From Phoronis australis (lineage: Eukaryota; Animalia; Phoronida), in the NCBI GenBank assembly GCA_002633005.1, contig NMRA01000069.1, positions 96,203 to 160,202 on the forward strand: DNA of 64,000 nucleotides. The letters run 5' to 3'. Shown here one piece after another: positions 49,769-63,700 of this stretch. A program made the translations under genes and the position numbers. The first letter of the stretch is position 1. Each line of letters starts with the position of its first letter. The notes below the pieces were generated by a model. The model was not told the DNA's origin. It ran no database searches and saw nothing but the letters and a program-made list of their open reading frames with translations.

Positions 49769-50863
49769 CCGTGCTCCTGTTTACATAGCGTTCATCATCA
49801 ATATGGCGGACTGCGTGTCACGCGCTGTCTGATTTTCAAATAGTCGGGTCGTCTCTCTCCCTCTTTCTATATATACACGTAGCTCATTGGTGGGGGCCTT
49901 CTGGAGTTCACCACCGTCCAATGCGGACGTAATGTGAGTACCTCTGAATAACCCCAACACTGAAATAGGTCGAACATGTCTCAGCAGACTAAATACTACA
50001 GATCTAACAGGGACAGGCACATAGTTTTGTTTCAGTTAGTGGACTTAAGACATTTCAATCGACATCCTCACTTCAGGCTTGGCACGGGGCTACTGCTATG
50101 AAATGGATGTTTTAACAGTCTGCTTGCAGGTTTCCACCTAATAAGTTCAGCTCCTAGACCAAGATAAGCCTCTTGTCTTGGACACTCTATCAGGTCTCGT
50201 GCTCATTTCGTGCTACATCAAGTGATTGTTAATACATTTTATACATGTGCAAATCACTTTGCACTGTTACGCTTGTATATTCTTTTGACGTTCCGCACAC
50301 CTCATCACATTAGTCATAAAAACATAAACCCAATGAACATTGCAACTGGAAAGCATTAGCCATTTTGTCTAGTATACAGTGACACCTCTTGTTGGACAGT
50401 AGGTTCACGAAAAACGTGGAATTTTAGTGAAAATGGAAAAAATTAAACAAGTGCTTCTTACTTCATGAAACTAAACTAAATATAAACGAAAATAAAATAT
50501 TTTGAATCAAAACTATGTACTTTACTGGTGTAATAGTTTTCCAAACAAGTGCCAGTGTTGGAGGTAATCTCCACTGGGGTGGTTGTAACAAGCTTTTGAT
50601 TCATATAAGTAAATGCTCAGCGCCAGGCATTAGCGAATGTGCAAACCTCAATGCGCATGCCCCACACCACTTCCTCTCTATTGCATTCTGGGATAGTTTG
50701 TATGCCTAGCAGCAGCGTGAGAGTTTCTATGCAGAAGAGATTACTATATTTAGCTGCCGTTTTCAATTATTAAGACCATAAAAAGGTTACAAATTCTTAG
50801 TATCTTATTAAGAATATAATTTTAAAAATTTGTACAATCCACGACATGTGCTTATAGTTTACC

Positions 50864-52182
50864 TGGCTCGGTTCTCCAATCTCCGTACTCAAACTCGAAT
50901 CATACTCAGACTCACACTTCATACTCACCGCACCTCATTGCCGCCAATTTTGAAAGTCCTTACTACGACTAATGACAACTGGCGAATGATAATCCCATGT
51001 CGACGACTCATTACAAGAGTCAAAAGCAGCTGTGGGGTGGTGATTGCCGTGATTGAAGTGCGTGTGCAACGGTTTGTACGGTTTCCTAAGGAAGGTTAAA
51101 GAAAACAATTTGCTTCCCTGTCAGATTTCACATAATGGTTTAGTAATCGATAATTCCTCAATCCCAGAATGATGTTCCAGATTTTTTGCCGATTTAGAAT
51201 AGACGTCTAGTTCCGTTCACTGATGAACTCTGAATGCCTGCCTATAGTGTACTACATGTAGTGTTTTTAACTCACGCGCAAAATTCAAAGATACAGTATC
51301 AAAGTTTTGACATCAGCATAGGCCTACACGGCAATGGGTTCTATGCAAGAGAGAACAGAGGTTGACCAGTAACCAACTGCGGCCCAAATGTCGACTGGAG
51401 TTTCGGGCTGATGTGGACAACCGGTTTACTAGAAAATAACACCACCGCTGGCAATTAAGGTAGGCCTACAAACTTTTGAAATTCGACCTCCCGTCAAAGA
51501 AAATGTGCAATTCGAACTCTCCCTTAAAAATGTTTGTTTCAGGCCTGTGATATTGTACCCGATTCTCGTACCGCGGGGTCACCGTCCCACCACTGCATTA
51601 ATGAAAAATATAATTTCAATATGACGTCAATCGTTAGTGTGACCATGCCAATTTTAGGAGTAGGCCGGGGAGAATGACCCCTGACTAACTTGAAATCAGA
51701 CACCGAGATTTTGGCTGCTCCGCTCCGGCCGACTGACTTCCTTTCATAAGCTGTTTCAAATTTCTTGAGACATTTTCCTGCGGGAGATAAGGAACTCAAG
51801 AAGTAAAGCTTAATAATTGGCAATTGTATCAAGAAATGGTAGGAGAATATTGTATTGAACAGTTACAGAACACTCAGCATTCCACGTTATACTCCTGTAA
51901 TTGTAGCGAGAGCTGACGATAACATAGTTGCTAGGGTAGTCGATGCGAATAAAGGGAGCGCTGAATCTGCGCGACTTTTCGTGGTTTTGCATTTCACATC
52001 ATAACTGAAGAGTTCCATGGCAACTCGAGTACGATTCTCAGATTTGAGTTCGCGTTTGTAGTCTACTCGAAATGTGACATTAAATACGCTTTTTCGAGTA
52101 GGCCTACGACTTCAGTGAGCCTGATTTTGAATATGAAATCTCGAGTATGAGTATGAGCCTGACGGAGATTGCAGACCGGGCC
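50864..52182. mobile_element. Harbinger-like non-autonomous element (copy A)
   Basis: The ends ..ggttctccaatctccgtactca and ..acggagattgcagaccgggcc are inverted and resemble the termini of the 21762 MITE. Confidence 0.7.
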
Positions 52183-53919
52183 CCGCCGTCGACGGAGCTG
52201 GGGTGCAGCAACGTTGACTATTCATTTCCAAAACATTTCTATAATAAAATACAGTTGCATGCTTCCTGCACTAGTTATTCGTTTAATATTAATTTTTGGA
52301 TAAGAATTCAAATAAAATAAGTTTATTGACCCCTTCTGTGCTAAACATTCGTTACAACAACACCCGGCAACACTGTACACCAGCGGTTGTCAAGCGATAG
52401 AGGCATACATTTCCCATAATGCAACTGAGGTGGCAAATTCAATATGGCGGATTTACACATTCGCTATTTTATTGTGTTAATCAACGTCACTAAGATACAT
52501 GTAGATACATCTTGTATAAAAGTCTGTTGTCCATCAGTGTTGTGCCAGCTGAGATATACGGCTTCAAAATGTGAAGAAATTGCAACGCTTTGTTAACACC
52601 TGACTCCTCTATAATTCAAGCCTGAAATTTTAAACTTAGCGGCAGAGTTGATGAGAAATTTTTAACATGTTGATGAACCCAAAGACTTACTTTATATAAA
52701 AATAACAAACAATTTTTATCTTGTACACCAATACCTTTTATTATGCACAGTATATAATCCATTTTCGTCGAGTCTATTGTTTGTTTTAGAGGCTCCTGAA
52801 TTTACACCCTTATACAAGGTAAACTCAGCTTGCACTTAACTGCTTTGTTTATCATCCCAAAGGTAACTAAAATACATATATGGTTCAGATCCGTGACACT
52901 GGTTTTTCACGCCTCTGGACATTTTTGCCTGCTGTGAACCGTACTTCACTCCTAATTTTTTTTTGTTTTTAATTGAACAAATGCCGTTTAATATTACCAT
53001 CTATAGCTTATGTCATGGGTTCGCATTTCAGAAATGAAGAATCAGACATGCGACCGCAGTTAAATCATATATTTTACTTACTGTATCTCATCAGTACAGC
53101 CACATTTCACAAACTCCGGTTAACGACTCGCTCAAACCACGAGGTCTCCAGAGAACCAGCATGGACATCTGCACACCAGTAACTAGCAAACAAATAGCTT
53201 CAAGTAGACGTCACAATGGACATCAGGCTATGAATAGTGACTTGGCCTAACGGACAAGAGCCCGTCCCGCCACACACTTCCCCTATACAGAAAAATGGCG
53301 TTCCGACATTACAAAGTAAACTGCACTAAGTTTTGATTGAATACAAGATAATTAGTAACAACATGAAACTGACAGTGAAAATAATAACGTTGCCATGATC
53401 ATAGAGAAACAATCAAACGACAAAGGCAATCGACTGGTACCAAAATCATGTTGCAGCACTACAGATGGTGACTATGAGGGTTGCCACAATGCATATATTA
53501 TGTAACCACAACACTACACGAACAACTCACTCACCACAGCAATAACATGTACATTAACTGCAATGGGCTTTAGTAAGATCCTATGAAAAATCCGCGTTTT
53601 ACGCGAAACACCCTTTAACGGTTTCACGATGTATACAGGTATGTTCATAAAACACACGGTCTGACAATGGTGGGGACTGCTGAGGAATACCTTGACTTTA
53701 CTTCGGGCGTGCACCCCCCTGCTGAAGCAGGCACTAAAACCATTTACAAGTTCTACAGTTTCCAGGACAGCGTGGTTCCGAAACGAGCTATCCGTTGATA
53801 ACAAATCATAGTATAAAACCCCAACAATAAACAATCTCACAACAACAAACATTAAGTTACAACCACCCCCTTTATCAGTTAATGTCTTATTCTTCACCTT
53901 ATTAACCCGCCGTATCACT

Positions 53920-54856
53920 GCATGTCATCGCCGCTAATTTAGAAACTGCTTCTAACTCAACGATTCCTGGCAACAGGCGCATTCTAACACCTTGTCAGCG
54001 AGTTCTTACAAGTGTCGAAAGCAGGTGTGAGAAAAGTCGTTTAAGAAGTTTATGCTGCCCTTATTTCAGTAGGTGTACCTACGGTTTGTAGAGTTCCAAA
54101 AGACGAGGAGGCGAGGAAAGTTAAAAACAGTTTGCTTCCCTGTCAGGTCGTAGTTTAGTCATCGATAATTCCTCCATCCCCAAAAGATATTCCAAATTCT
54201 GTTTGCCGATGTATTACTAGACGTCTCGTCCCGTTCACTGATGAACTCTGAATGCCCGTTCATGTAGTGTTTTTAACTCACGCGCCCAGTGTCAACTAAC
54301 ATGATTTCAATTGTTGGTGTGACCATGCCACTTTTAGGAGTAAATTTTCAAGTGTATTGGAGAAGGAATACATTTTGCCCCCCTCTCTAAATCAGACACT
54401 GGGATTGTAGCTGCTTCCCTCTGGCCGTGACTTTCTTTGGTGTGATAAGCCGTTACAAATGTCTTAAGACATTTTCGGGAGATGAGGAACTCAAGAAGTA
54501 AAGCTTAATAATTGGCAAATGTATCAAGAAGTGGTAAAAATTATTGTATTGAAACGGAAAAAAATGAATAACAGTTACCGACCACTCAGAATTCCACGTT
54601 ATATTCTTGTACATGTAGTTGTAGCAACAGCAGAAGATAGTTGCTAGGGTATGCGAATAAGGATTCAGTGCGGCTTTGCGTGGTTTTGCTTGTCACATTA
54701 TAAAGAGTTCCACGTCAGATTAGAGTTGGTTTGGAGTCTACTCGAAATACGACATTAGTTAGGCTTTTTTGAGTACTACTCCACTGAGCACGATTTTGAG
54801 TATGAAATCTGGAGTAGGTGAGTATGAGTCTGAGTACGGAGATTGAAGACCGGGCC
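53920..54856. mobile_element. Harbinger-like non-autonomous element (copy B, left end lost)
   Basis: Collinear similarity to 50930-52182. Ends in tgagtacggagattgaagaccgggcc|ctg. Confidence 0.72.
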
Positions 54857-55344
54857 CTGGTCTAATTTTAGACCTAACTTGCATTTCACCAACATGGTCT
54901 AAAAGTCTGAAAGCCTAGTTTTGTTAGGCCATAAAGCGAGTTTAGTAAAACCAGCTTTAAAGAATCCAAGCCGCCCTATTGTGTTGATCCGTATTAACCC
55001 ACCCAAGAAACCATTAAGAAGTGCTTTAATGAAATCTTCAACACGGGGGTACACAGTGGCACACAGCAGTAGAATCAGTGCAGACATTTGCGAAAAAAGG
55101 CTAACAGCTTTCCTCACGTGGAAAATGTTTCCTCCCATAAATGATCAGAGAAAAAGCCAATGTCATAGACGAGAACAAGAAAAGTGGTGCAAAATCAAGT
55201 CAGCGTAAGCCGCAGGCTTGGAGAGATATTGCTCCAGAATAAAGGCCAGAAAGAAAATTTCATCTCAGTGCAACATTTACCTAGAAAAACGGTGAGGCAC
55301 ACAGGTTATCATAAGGAGACACTTTTTTCATTTCATACTGTGTG

Positions 55345-56222
55345 TGTCAGAATTAATATTGATTAAGTAATTAGTAAGAATATATCCATTTTAAGTTGAC
55401 CAAAATTTTTGCATTTGTACTTTTAAATCATGGGGTCAGACTTGTTGACATGTACTTTGACGCCAAAATCTGTTTTCATATGGTGTTCTGGGGTCAAAGT
55501 ACTCTAGAGATTCTAGAAAATTCTGAGAACAAATTGTAACGGCCAATAATATGATTGGACATGATCATGTGGTTTCTTCTAGCCATTCATTAAATTAGTA
55601 AAATGTCATAGTATGGACTGAAATCAACAGGATAATCAGTGCACTATAGTAGTTGAAGCGTAAAGACGTGCTACAGTGTACAGAGGGAATTTGTACGACA
55701 GAGCCATCTCGTGAAAGATTCTAGATAGGATCTTAGCAAGGGAAGGGTTAACGAACAGGAAGTTAACTAAGAGCTTGTCACTTGCGTAGTGGGTAGTAAG
55801 ATACTACCTGAAGTGTTGCGTCATCAGCCAGAGACTGTGACCAGCAAGAAGAATTGCGGGTAGAAGAAATTGCCTTCAAGTGTTGCATCACCAGAGACGG
55901 TGACCAGCAAGTAGACTGTCGCTACACAGTGTGTGCAGTTCGAAGATTCACCAACAGGACAGACATCCAACAAGTGAAGAGTCTTAGCTTGGATAGCAGA
56001 TAAGACATTTGATTAAAGTAACATTTAAAAGGGGCACTAGCGTAGTTATTCTCCTTTGTAGTTGATTATTTGATTAACAATAGGTTTCACTTTTCTTATA
56101 AGGGGTTATCATATAATAAATTAATTACTGGATTCGATTATTCACTTTCCATCTACGCACAATCTCAAAATTTGACAAAGCATAGCTACCTTTCAAACAA
56201 ACCCACAGACAATCGTCTGACA
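55345..56222 (+). mobile_element. Solo LTR of the Gmr1-like Gypsy family
   Basis: TGTCAG...CTGACA, homologous along its whole length to 59693-60586. Flanks are gtgtg / gtctg (5-bp TSD, 1 mismatch). No PBS follows. Confidence 0.9.
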
Positions 56223-56338
56223 GTCTGTGTCCAAAACAAGATTACACATTAAAGCACTTGGTCTCGATTACCCGCGACATAGTAAATGCACTTATTTATT
56301 TGTGTGTCAATTTATTTTTTGCGGCCCAAGTGGCGGCA

Positions 56339-56802
56339 CAGGGGCGGATCCGTGGTTGTCAGTTAAGGGGGCCAGGAAAGAGTATTAGCCAGGATTTTGC
56401 CCATCAGTCATTCGCACCCCCAAACTGCCAAATGGTATCTAGGAGAATTTGAGGGGGGCAATGGCCACCTTGGCCCTCTGTAAATCCGCCCTTGGGGCAG
56501 GACCCCTGCCCGGCAACCTTAAATTGGGGACCAAGTGAGATGGAAATCGGTCAGAATGATCATATGCCTTTTTAGTCATACGCGTAGTGCTTGCGAAGAT
56601 GACGTTCTGCTCGAACTGTCATACTCTGAGGAATACGAGGTACACCTTTTGGTACGTAATGGGCTACGTATAGGCGGATCCGGGGGTTCAAGGCGCGGGA
56701 CCCCCTTTTTCCCTTGATTTAGTGATATCATATCTATAATTTTCAAATTTAAAAATCTTTTATCCGACCCCCACTTCCTTTAATATTTCTTGATCCCCCC
56801 TG
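56339..56802. mobile_element. Two short hAT-like MITE remnants
   Basis: caggggcggatcc...aaatccgccctt (56339-56492) and taggcggatcc...gatcccccctg (56671-56802). Confidence 0.5.
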
Positions 56803-57225
56803 TTACTTTCGATCTTGTGTCGTCCTAAAACTGAATATTGAAAATAGCCGTTCTCGCTCTAAGGTAGTTTCAAGTGGGACAAACGGTGTTGGTATTACTT
56901 CCCACAGGCCACAACAAGCTTACTCTGCAGTAGAAGGGACCTTACAAAGTTAAAGAAAAAGTCAACCTTATGGACTACAGAACGAACATGAACGGTCAGA
57001 TTAAGATTTTCCATTCCATTCTGTTGAAGGAGTATCATCACTGCGAGGCTAGCAACATCGCAGGCAAAAATCTAACGCCGATGCAGTCTACTTAAATAGA
57101 CTAGCAGAGCCTGCAAGTCAAGGAATACTTTAGCGGCGGATACAGGAGCAAAAGATTAAATATCTGTGCCACATGATTTTGAGTTAGAAAGTTCTAGAGT
57201 AATTTTCTCTTTGGAGGATGTGTGT

Positions 57226-57787
57226 TGTCAGAATGTAGACTGACAATGTTCATAGTTTTATTTTATTTCATTGTTCTGTTTGTGTTATTGATTGGCATGA
57301 CCCCTGATGTTAGTACAGTGAGTATGTAACAGAATAGTGTGGAATTTTCTAGAAGACTCTATCGTATTTATATAGTCTAGAATATTCTAGAGACTAGTAT
57401 ATGTTTGTAGAATGATTGGGTAGATTCCGGAAAGTTCTAGAATGTGCTTGAATTGGTGAAAAGGTTTAGAACATTGCATGAGACTATAAATACCAAGGCA
57501 TTGGTTGTACTAAAGCAGTAAAGCAGTAAAAGAGTTTTAGTTTAGCAGTTGAGAGAATTAGCACCTTTCGGTAACAACCTGCACCCACCCACACACGAGG
57601 AAAACTGTGACAGACTTGAAAACTGTTCTCGAGTTCTGGAGCGATAAAGCAAGAAAATTAACAGTTTGAAAAACTGTGTCCTGTAGAAACCAGTAAACGA
57701 ATTTGAAACTTTCCTACATAACAGCGTGTACAGCGTAGTTAGGCCTAACCGGGCGCCCTGTGTTATACACAAACCGGCGACTTGACA
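57226..57787 (+). mobile_element. Putative LTR of a second family
   Basis: TGTCA...TGACA ends, ttctaga-rich U3-like repeats and a CTATAAATA box. No TSD was found. Confidence 0.45.
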
Positions 57788-58117
57788 CTGAAGCAGACTG
57801 GACAAAGAGAAAGATCAAGGAAGCCAACTACATGAAATTATAAGATAATGTCTTCAGTCAGCCAAACATACAGCCAAGTGACACCATGCTCAGTCTTCGT
57901 AGGAAGGTTTAAGTATAATAATATTTGCTTCTTTCATAAAATTTGCACTGACCTATTGAGGTGCTGGTTTCCATTGTTTACGGCTGCCTAAGAAAGAAAT
58001 GTCGACGAGGGGTTATAATACGCAGAAGGGTGACATGCACTAGAAACACGGTAACTTTGATCAAGCAACAGCGTGCACAAAGTAACATATGCAAACGGAT
58101 TTCAATGATCTTTGACG

Positions 58118-58728
58118 TTAATTTGGTTTTGAAGTATCTGCCTTTTTAAACAACGGTACAACCACTAAAATGATGATAGACGCGAACAATGTTGCCAAAA
58201 CATAAATATAAAACAGAAGTCTGTCCACGACCTCGGCTAAATCGGTCCAATCTGAACGTCCGTTACCCATAGTTAGCCTGTCATTTTGAGCAATAAGTTC
58301 ATCCGGTTTATGCAAAACTTTTTTAAAGTCCATGATGGGAGAGGTCGGCTTCACAATCGACGAATCGTCTATCACGTGATCGTATTCGTCATCTACTCCC
58401 ACGATGTGGCATTCGGTCTCAAGGTTACCTTTGCATTTAAGTTTCGTTTTCCTGTAGCATGCCTCATTGTGATATGGGTGTTTGCCGTTTTTATTCCCAC
58501 TCAATCGTTTCAGTTTCGTGGCGCTGCTTTGTGCAACGGGTTTCAACTTTTGCATCTTTTGATTCTCCGGGATATGGATACAGCAGACCTTTGCCATAAC
58601 ACGAGTGAATTTCTTCAAGCAAGCAGGCACGGGGCTGTTCGTTTGTGCACGTGCTTGCACGTTCGTTACAAACACTGCCAGAATAACGGAAGACGAAGTT
58701 AGGGACATGACAAACGTGATGTAAACAC
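58118..58728 (-). CDS. Cys-loop ligand-gated ion channel (nAChR-like) subunit, last coding exon (TM3, cytoplasmic loop, TM4)
   Basis: tttctag|GT GTT TAC. Reads GVYITFVMSLTSSSVILAVFVTNV...PVP...WTDLAEVVDRLLFYIY...*, with an open frame to the stop. No upstream exon was found in the window. Confidence 0.9.
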
Positions 58729-60588
58729 CTAGAAATAAAATCAGATATAATGTGATCATTGTTTCATGAGATAAAACATGCAGATACGGTTGGTACACCT
58801 TCCGTGCTATAAAAACATAGATGTTGGAAACATGGTATTCGTTATAGCAAAAGCAACAATAACTGGGAAAAACTGCTTCGGTATTGATAGGTTTAGATAA
58901 AGAACTGTCATTGACATTTACTGTCGGTCATTACCTGGGCTTTGCTAGTTTCCTGTGTTGAGAGTCTAAAAATATAATAGTTTCGGAGAAGGTAAGCAAG
59001 TACTTTAATTGTTTCATAAACGTAAATAGACGTCATTAGTAACCCTTGAGAGTCAAGTTTGAATTCCAAGGCTGGCTGCAGAAGCTTCATCCCCCGCTGA
59101 TCTGCATATCTAAATACTTGACTACTTATACTAGATACTAGTTACATGTATATAGTTTTATTTATCTCATGCGCGTTGAATCAGTCGAGGGACATACGGC
59201 CATGTAATAACGTTTTCCGTATTCACCTCCCGCACTACTTCAAGAGTGATCTCTGACAATGGAAAGATCAAAAGTTAGGACGACTCGACATCGTTAGCCA
59301 GCTTGATCGTTAAATCTTTCAGAAAGTGGTTTAAAGTAACACCTTTGTAGCAGTGTAAATAACACACAGCATGCAACCAGGTTCCAATGGTAACATCTGG
59401 AACATGACTGTGAATTACATGACAGTTCTGTCTCAGCTTTCAATTGCTAAATATTATATCGTCTGTAACTCAGGCGTCAAATCTTCGGTTACTACAATAT
59501 CAAATATTGTTGCTATTCAACTTTTTTCAGGAGATGCTACAAATTCAATGCACAGTTATCGTTGTTTTCAGCTTTTTATCTCTTTGCAGCAATAAATCGT
59601 TATATCTACTTGCAACCTAGCGCGCAAGTACATACATATAGGATATGATCCGCCACGTGAATAGTCTGAATGATGTATCTAAAAAACCTGCGTGTCAGAA
59701 TAAATATTAAGTAATTAGTAAGAATAGATCCATTTTAAGTTGCCCAAACTTTCTGCATATGTACTTTTAAATCATGGGGTCAGACTTGTTGACATGTATT
59801 TTAACGTCAAAATCTATTTAGATGGTGTTTACAACTTTGGGTTCTGGGGTCAAAGTACTCTAGAGATTCTAGAATATTCTGAGAACAAATTGTAACAGCC
59901 AATAATACGAGTGGATATGATCATGTGGTTTTTATTAGTCAATCACTAAATAAGTAGAATGTTATATTATGGGCTGAAATCAACAAGAAAATTAGATGCG
60001 CTATAATAGTTGAAGTATAAGGACTTGCTACAGTGTACAGAAGCAATTGTAAGACAGAGTCATCTCGTGGAAGATCCTAGAAGGGATCTTAGCAAGGGCA
60101 AGGGTTAACGAACAGGAAGTTAACTGAGAGCTTGTCACTTGCATCGTGGGTAGTAAGATACTACCTGAAGTGTTGCGTCATCAGCCAGAGACTGTGACCA
60201 GCAAGAAGAATCGCGGGTAGAAGAAATTGCCTGCAAGTGTTGCATCACCAAAGACGGTGACCAGCCAGTACACTGTCGCTATACAGTGTGCGTGTAGTTC
60301 GAAGATTCACCAACAGGACAGACATCCAACAAGTGGAGAGTCCCAGCTTGGATAGCAGATAAGACATTTGATCGTTTTGGTTGTTTGATTAAAGTAATCT
60401 TAAAAAGAGGGCGCTAGCGTGGTTACTCTTTGTAGTTGATTACTTAATTAACAATAGGTTTCATTTGTCTTATTAGGGGTTATCATATAATAAATTAATT
60501 ACTGGATTTGATTATTCACTCCACATCTACGCACAATCTCAAAGCATAGCTACCTTTTAAACGAACCCACAGTCAATCGTCTGACATT

Positions 60589-60605
60589 TGGGGGCCAGTC
60601 CGGGA
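60589..60605 (+). promoter_or_regulatory. Primer-binding site, tRNA-Pro type
   Basis: TGGGGGCCAGTCCGGGA begins 2 nt after the LTR end. The canonical tRNA-Pro PBS is TGGGGGCTCGTCCGGGAT. Confidence 0.85.
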
Positions 60606-60715
60606 GTGTTTAAATAAATGTTTACGTGGTTGTGTTGTATTGTTTTGAATTCAGTAATTACCGTTTAAATATTAATTAATAAAGTGCATTCTGGGAATAA
60701 TACCCTTCTTCTAAA

Positions 60716-63700
60716 ATGGATTATAAAAAGTATATTGCGCAAGCGAAACAATTCGGTTATACCGGTGAAGAGTTAAGGAAGTGCGCAGAGGAGCTCTTGC
60801 GGCAGGCCTCGGAGCGTGAAGAGCGCGCCCACAAACGAGATCTGGAAAAGGCAGAGTTTGCACGGGAACAAGCAGAGCGGGCCCAAGCGATTTAGATTGA
60901 GAGGCAGAAGACACTCCAGATTGAGCTCAAGGCGACACCTAGTGGTGGGGCTCCAACTAGTGGTGTACGTACCAGTCGTCCCAAACTGCCAAGGTTCGAC
61001 GAGCGCGTCGATGACATGGATGCCTTCCTAGCCCGATTTGAGACGTTTGCCACGAGCCAGATATGGGATAAATGGGAGTGGGCTGTGGACTTGAGTCCAT
61101 TGTTGACAGGTAAAGGCCTACAGGTGTTCAACAACATGCCGTCTGACCAAATTAACAACTATGACCAATTAAAGTTGGCGCTGCTGCACAGGTATGAATT
61201 TACCGAAGATGGGTTCCGACGAAAGTTTAGAGAGTCCAAGCCTGAATAGGGTGAAAAGGTGTTCCAATTCGGGGCAAGACTGAAAAGGTTTTTTGACCGA
61301 TGGACACATCTGGCGGAGATCGATGTGGCTTTTGATGGACTCGGAGATTTACTGATCCGAGAGCAGTTTCTGGGAGTATGCTATCCTGAGATGTCCGTAT
61401 TCCTGAGGGAACGGAAACCGAAGACCTTCGACGAGATGTCGGTCATTGCTCAACAGTACATGGACACCCACTGTACTGGTTTGTTGGGCAAAGGGTTCGC
61501 AAAGAAAGACTTGGGACAGGTAGCCAGAAGACACGCACCGCCAAGCAACACAGAAGAACGGAGGACAGAGACTCCTCGTTCGTCAATGACCAGAAACAAG
61601 GGTGACAAAGAGTGTTTCAATTGTCATCGGAAAGGTCATCTAGCAAGGGACTGTGGAATGAAAGACTTCCAGTCCAAAAGATTTGCTGCAAGTAAGCAGT
61701 CGTCTGCCTCGCAGCAGGAACGGGCAAAGACAGAAGACACCAAGAAGTCGGTAATGTATCAAGCTGTGGTAGCAAAGGGTAGTCCAATAGCGCAGCACAT
61801 AGTTGATGGCTATCTGAAGTTAGTCGATGGGACATCAATACCCGTAGAGACAGGAGCCTGTGATAAACGCAGAGAACCAGCTGACCACAATATGCCCGTT
61901 TGTGACAGTTACGTCAATGAAACAAAGGTACGCATGATACGTGACACCGGATGCAGTAGTGCAGCGGTGAAGACGTCCCTAGTCAAAGAAAGTCAACTGA
62001 CGGGGAAACAACACATCTGTGTGTTCATAGATGGGACAGCACGATCCTTTCCCACAGCGAAGATTGATGTAGACACTCCATACTCTGTTGGTGAAATCGA
62101 GGCGATGTGTGTGCGAACACCGATATACGACCTCATCATAAGGAATGCGGTTGGCCTCAGCAAATATCCTGATCCCAATTGGCAGCCACAAGGCAGTGTC
62201 ATGTCCGCAGTCACTACTAGGGCACAGGCTAAAAAGAGAGAAAAACCCATTAAACCTTTGGCGGTAACACCATCCGGAGTGGAAAGTCTGGATATCAGCA
62301 AGTTGAAGGAGGAGCAACAACATGATCCTTCCCTGCGTAAGCTCGTGGAACTTGTTGAGAAAGACAGACCTGCAAGAACACGTGGTAGAGGTCAATACTG
62401 GTATGAGAAGCAAAAGGGGGTTTTGTACCGAGTGTATGCTGATAACACCAAAGAATTGCGTCAGATAGTTGTCCCTGTCAAATATCGACAACAGGTTATG
62501 ACGCTAGCTCACGAGTCAATCGTTGGTGGGCACCTTGGTGTGAAGAAGACTAGTGATAGAATAGCCAGTAGCTTTCATTGGCCAGGAGTTGGTAGTGACA
62601 TAAATCGTTTCTGCAGATCATGTGACATCTGCCAGCGAACAACTCCTAAGGACAGGATCTCTAAAGTGCCATTGGGTGAGATGCCACTTATGGAAGAACC
62701 GTTCCAGCGTATCACTGTTGATTTGATTGGTCCTGTGTCGCCAATCTCAGACAGAGGCAACCGGTACATTCTCACCATCGTAGATTATGCCACAAGATAC
62801 CCAGAGGCAGTCCCTCTACCCAGAATAGAAGCTGAGCGAGTCACAGAAGCACTATTTGAAACCTTCTGTAGAATTGGCTTTCCACGAGAGGTGCTTAGTG
62901 ACTGTGGGACACAGTTTACCTCAGAAGTTCTGAAGGAAGTTGCACGGCTAATATCCATGAAGCAACTGTTCACCACTCCGTACAATCCGAAATGCAATGG
63001 ATTGTGTGAGCGTATTAACGGTGTACTGAAGAGTATGCTTAAGAAAATGTGCCAAGAGCGTACACAAGACTGGGACCGGTACTTACCAGCAGTACTGTTT
63101 GCTTACCGAGAGGTACCACAAGTGAGCACAGGTTTTTCGCCATTTGAACTGTTGTGTGGTAGAACCGTGCGAGGGCCCATGCAGGTGCTTGAAGAGTTGT
63201 GGACAGGCAATGAAACACCAGACGTACAGAATACTTATGAGTATGTCCTCGACTTGCGACATCGTCTGGAAGAGACATGTGAACTGGTGCGGGAAAACTT
63301 ACGAAATGCTGGTGAAGCATACAAGCACCTTTATAACAAAAAGACACGAGATCGTCGCTTCAAAGTAGGAGACCAAGTCTTAATATTGTTACCAACTCAC
63401 AGTAACAAGCTGTTACTGCAGTGGAGAGGTCCCTATGAAGTGACCGAGGTACTCAACAAAATGGACTACCGAGAACGGGTTGGTGGAAAGACCGAGACAT
63501 ACCATGCCAACCTGTTGAAACTTTACATATCTCGCGACCAAAGTGGGGCTGCAAGTAAAGATGATGCAGATCAGAATTCTGACATCGCGGCCATAGCTGT
63601 ACTGCAACCTGAAATGGACAATGGAGTTGGTGTTGTCGATGATGAAAATTTACTAGAGCTGGGATGATAAACAAAAAAGAAATGTACAAAGATGTCAAGA

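Noticed and set aside
58729-58798. N-terminal extension of the 226-aa receptor ORF
   Set aside because: Intronic read-through upstream of the acceptor at 58729-58730.
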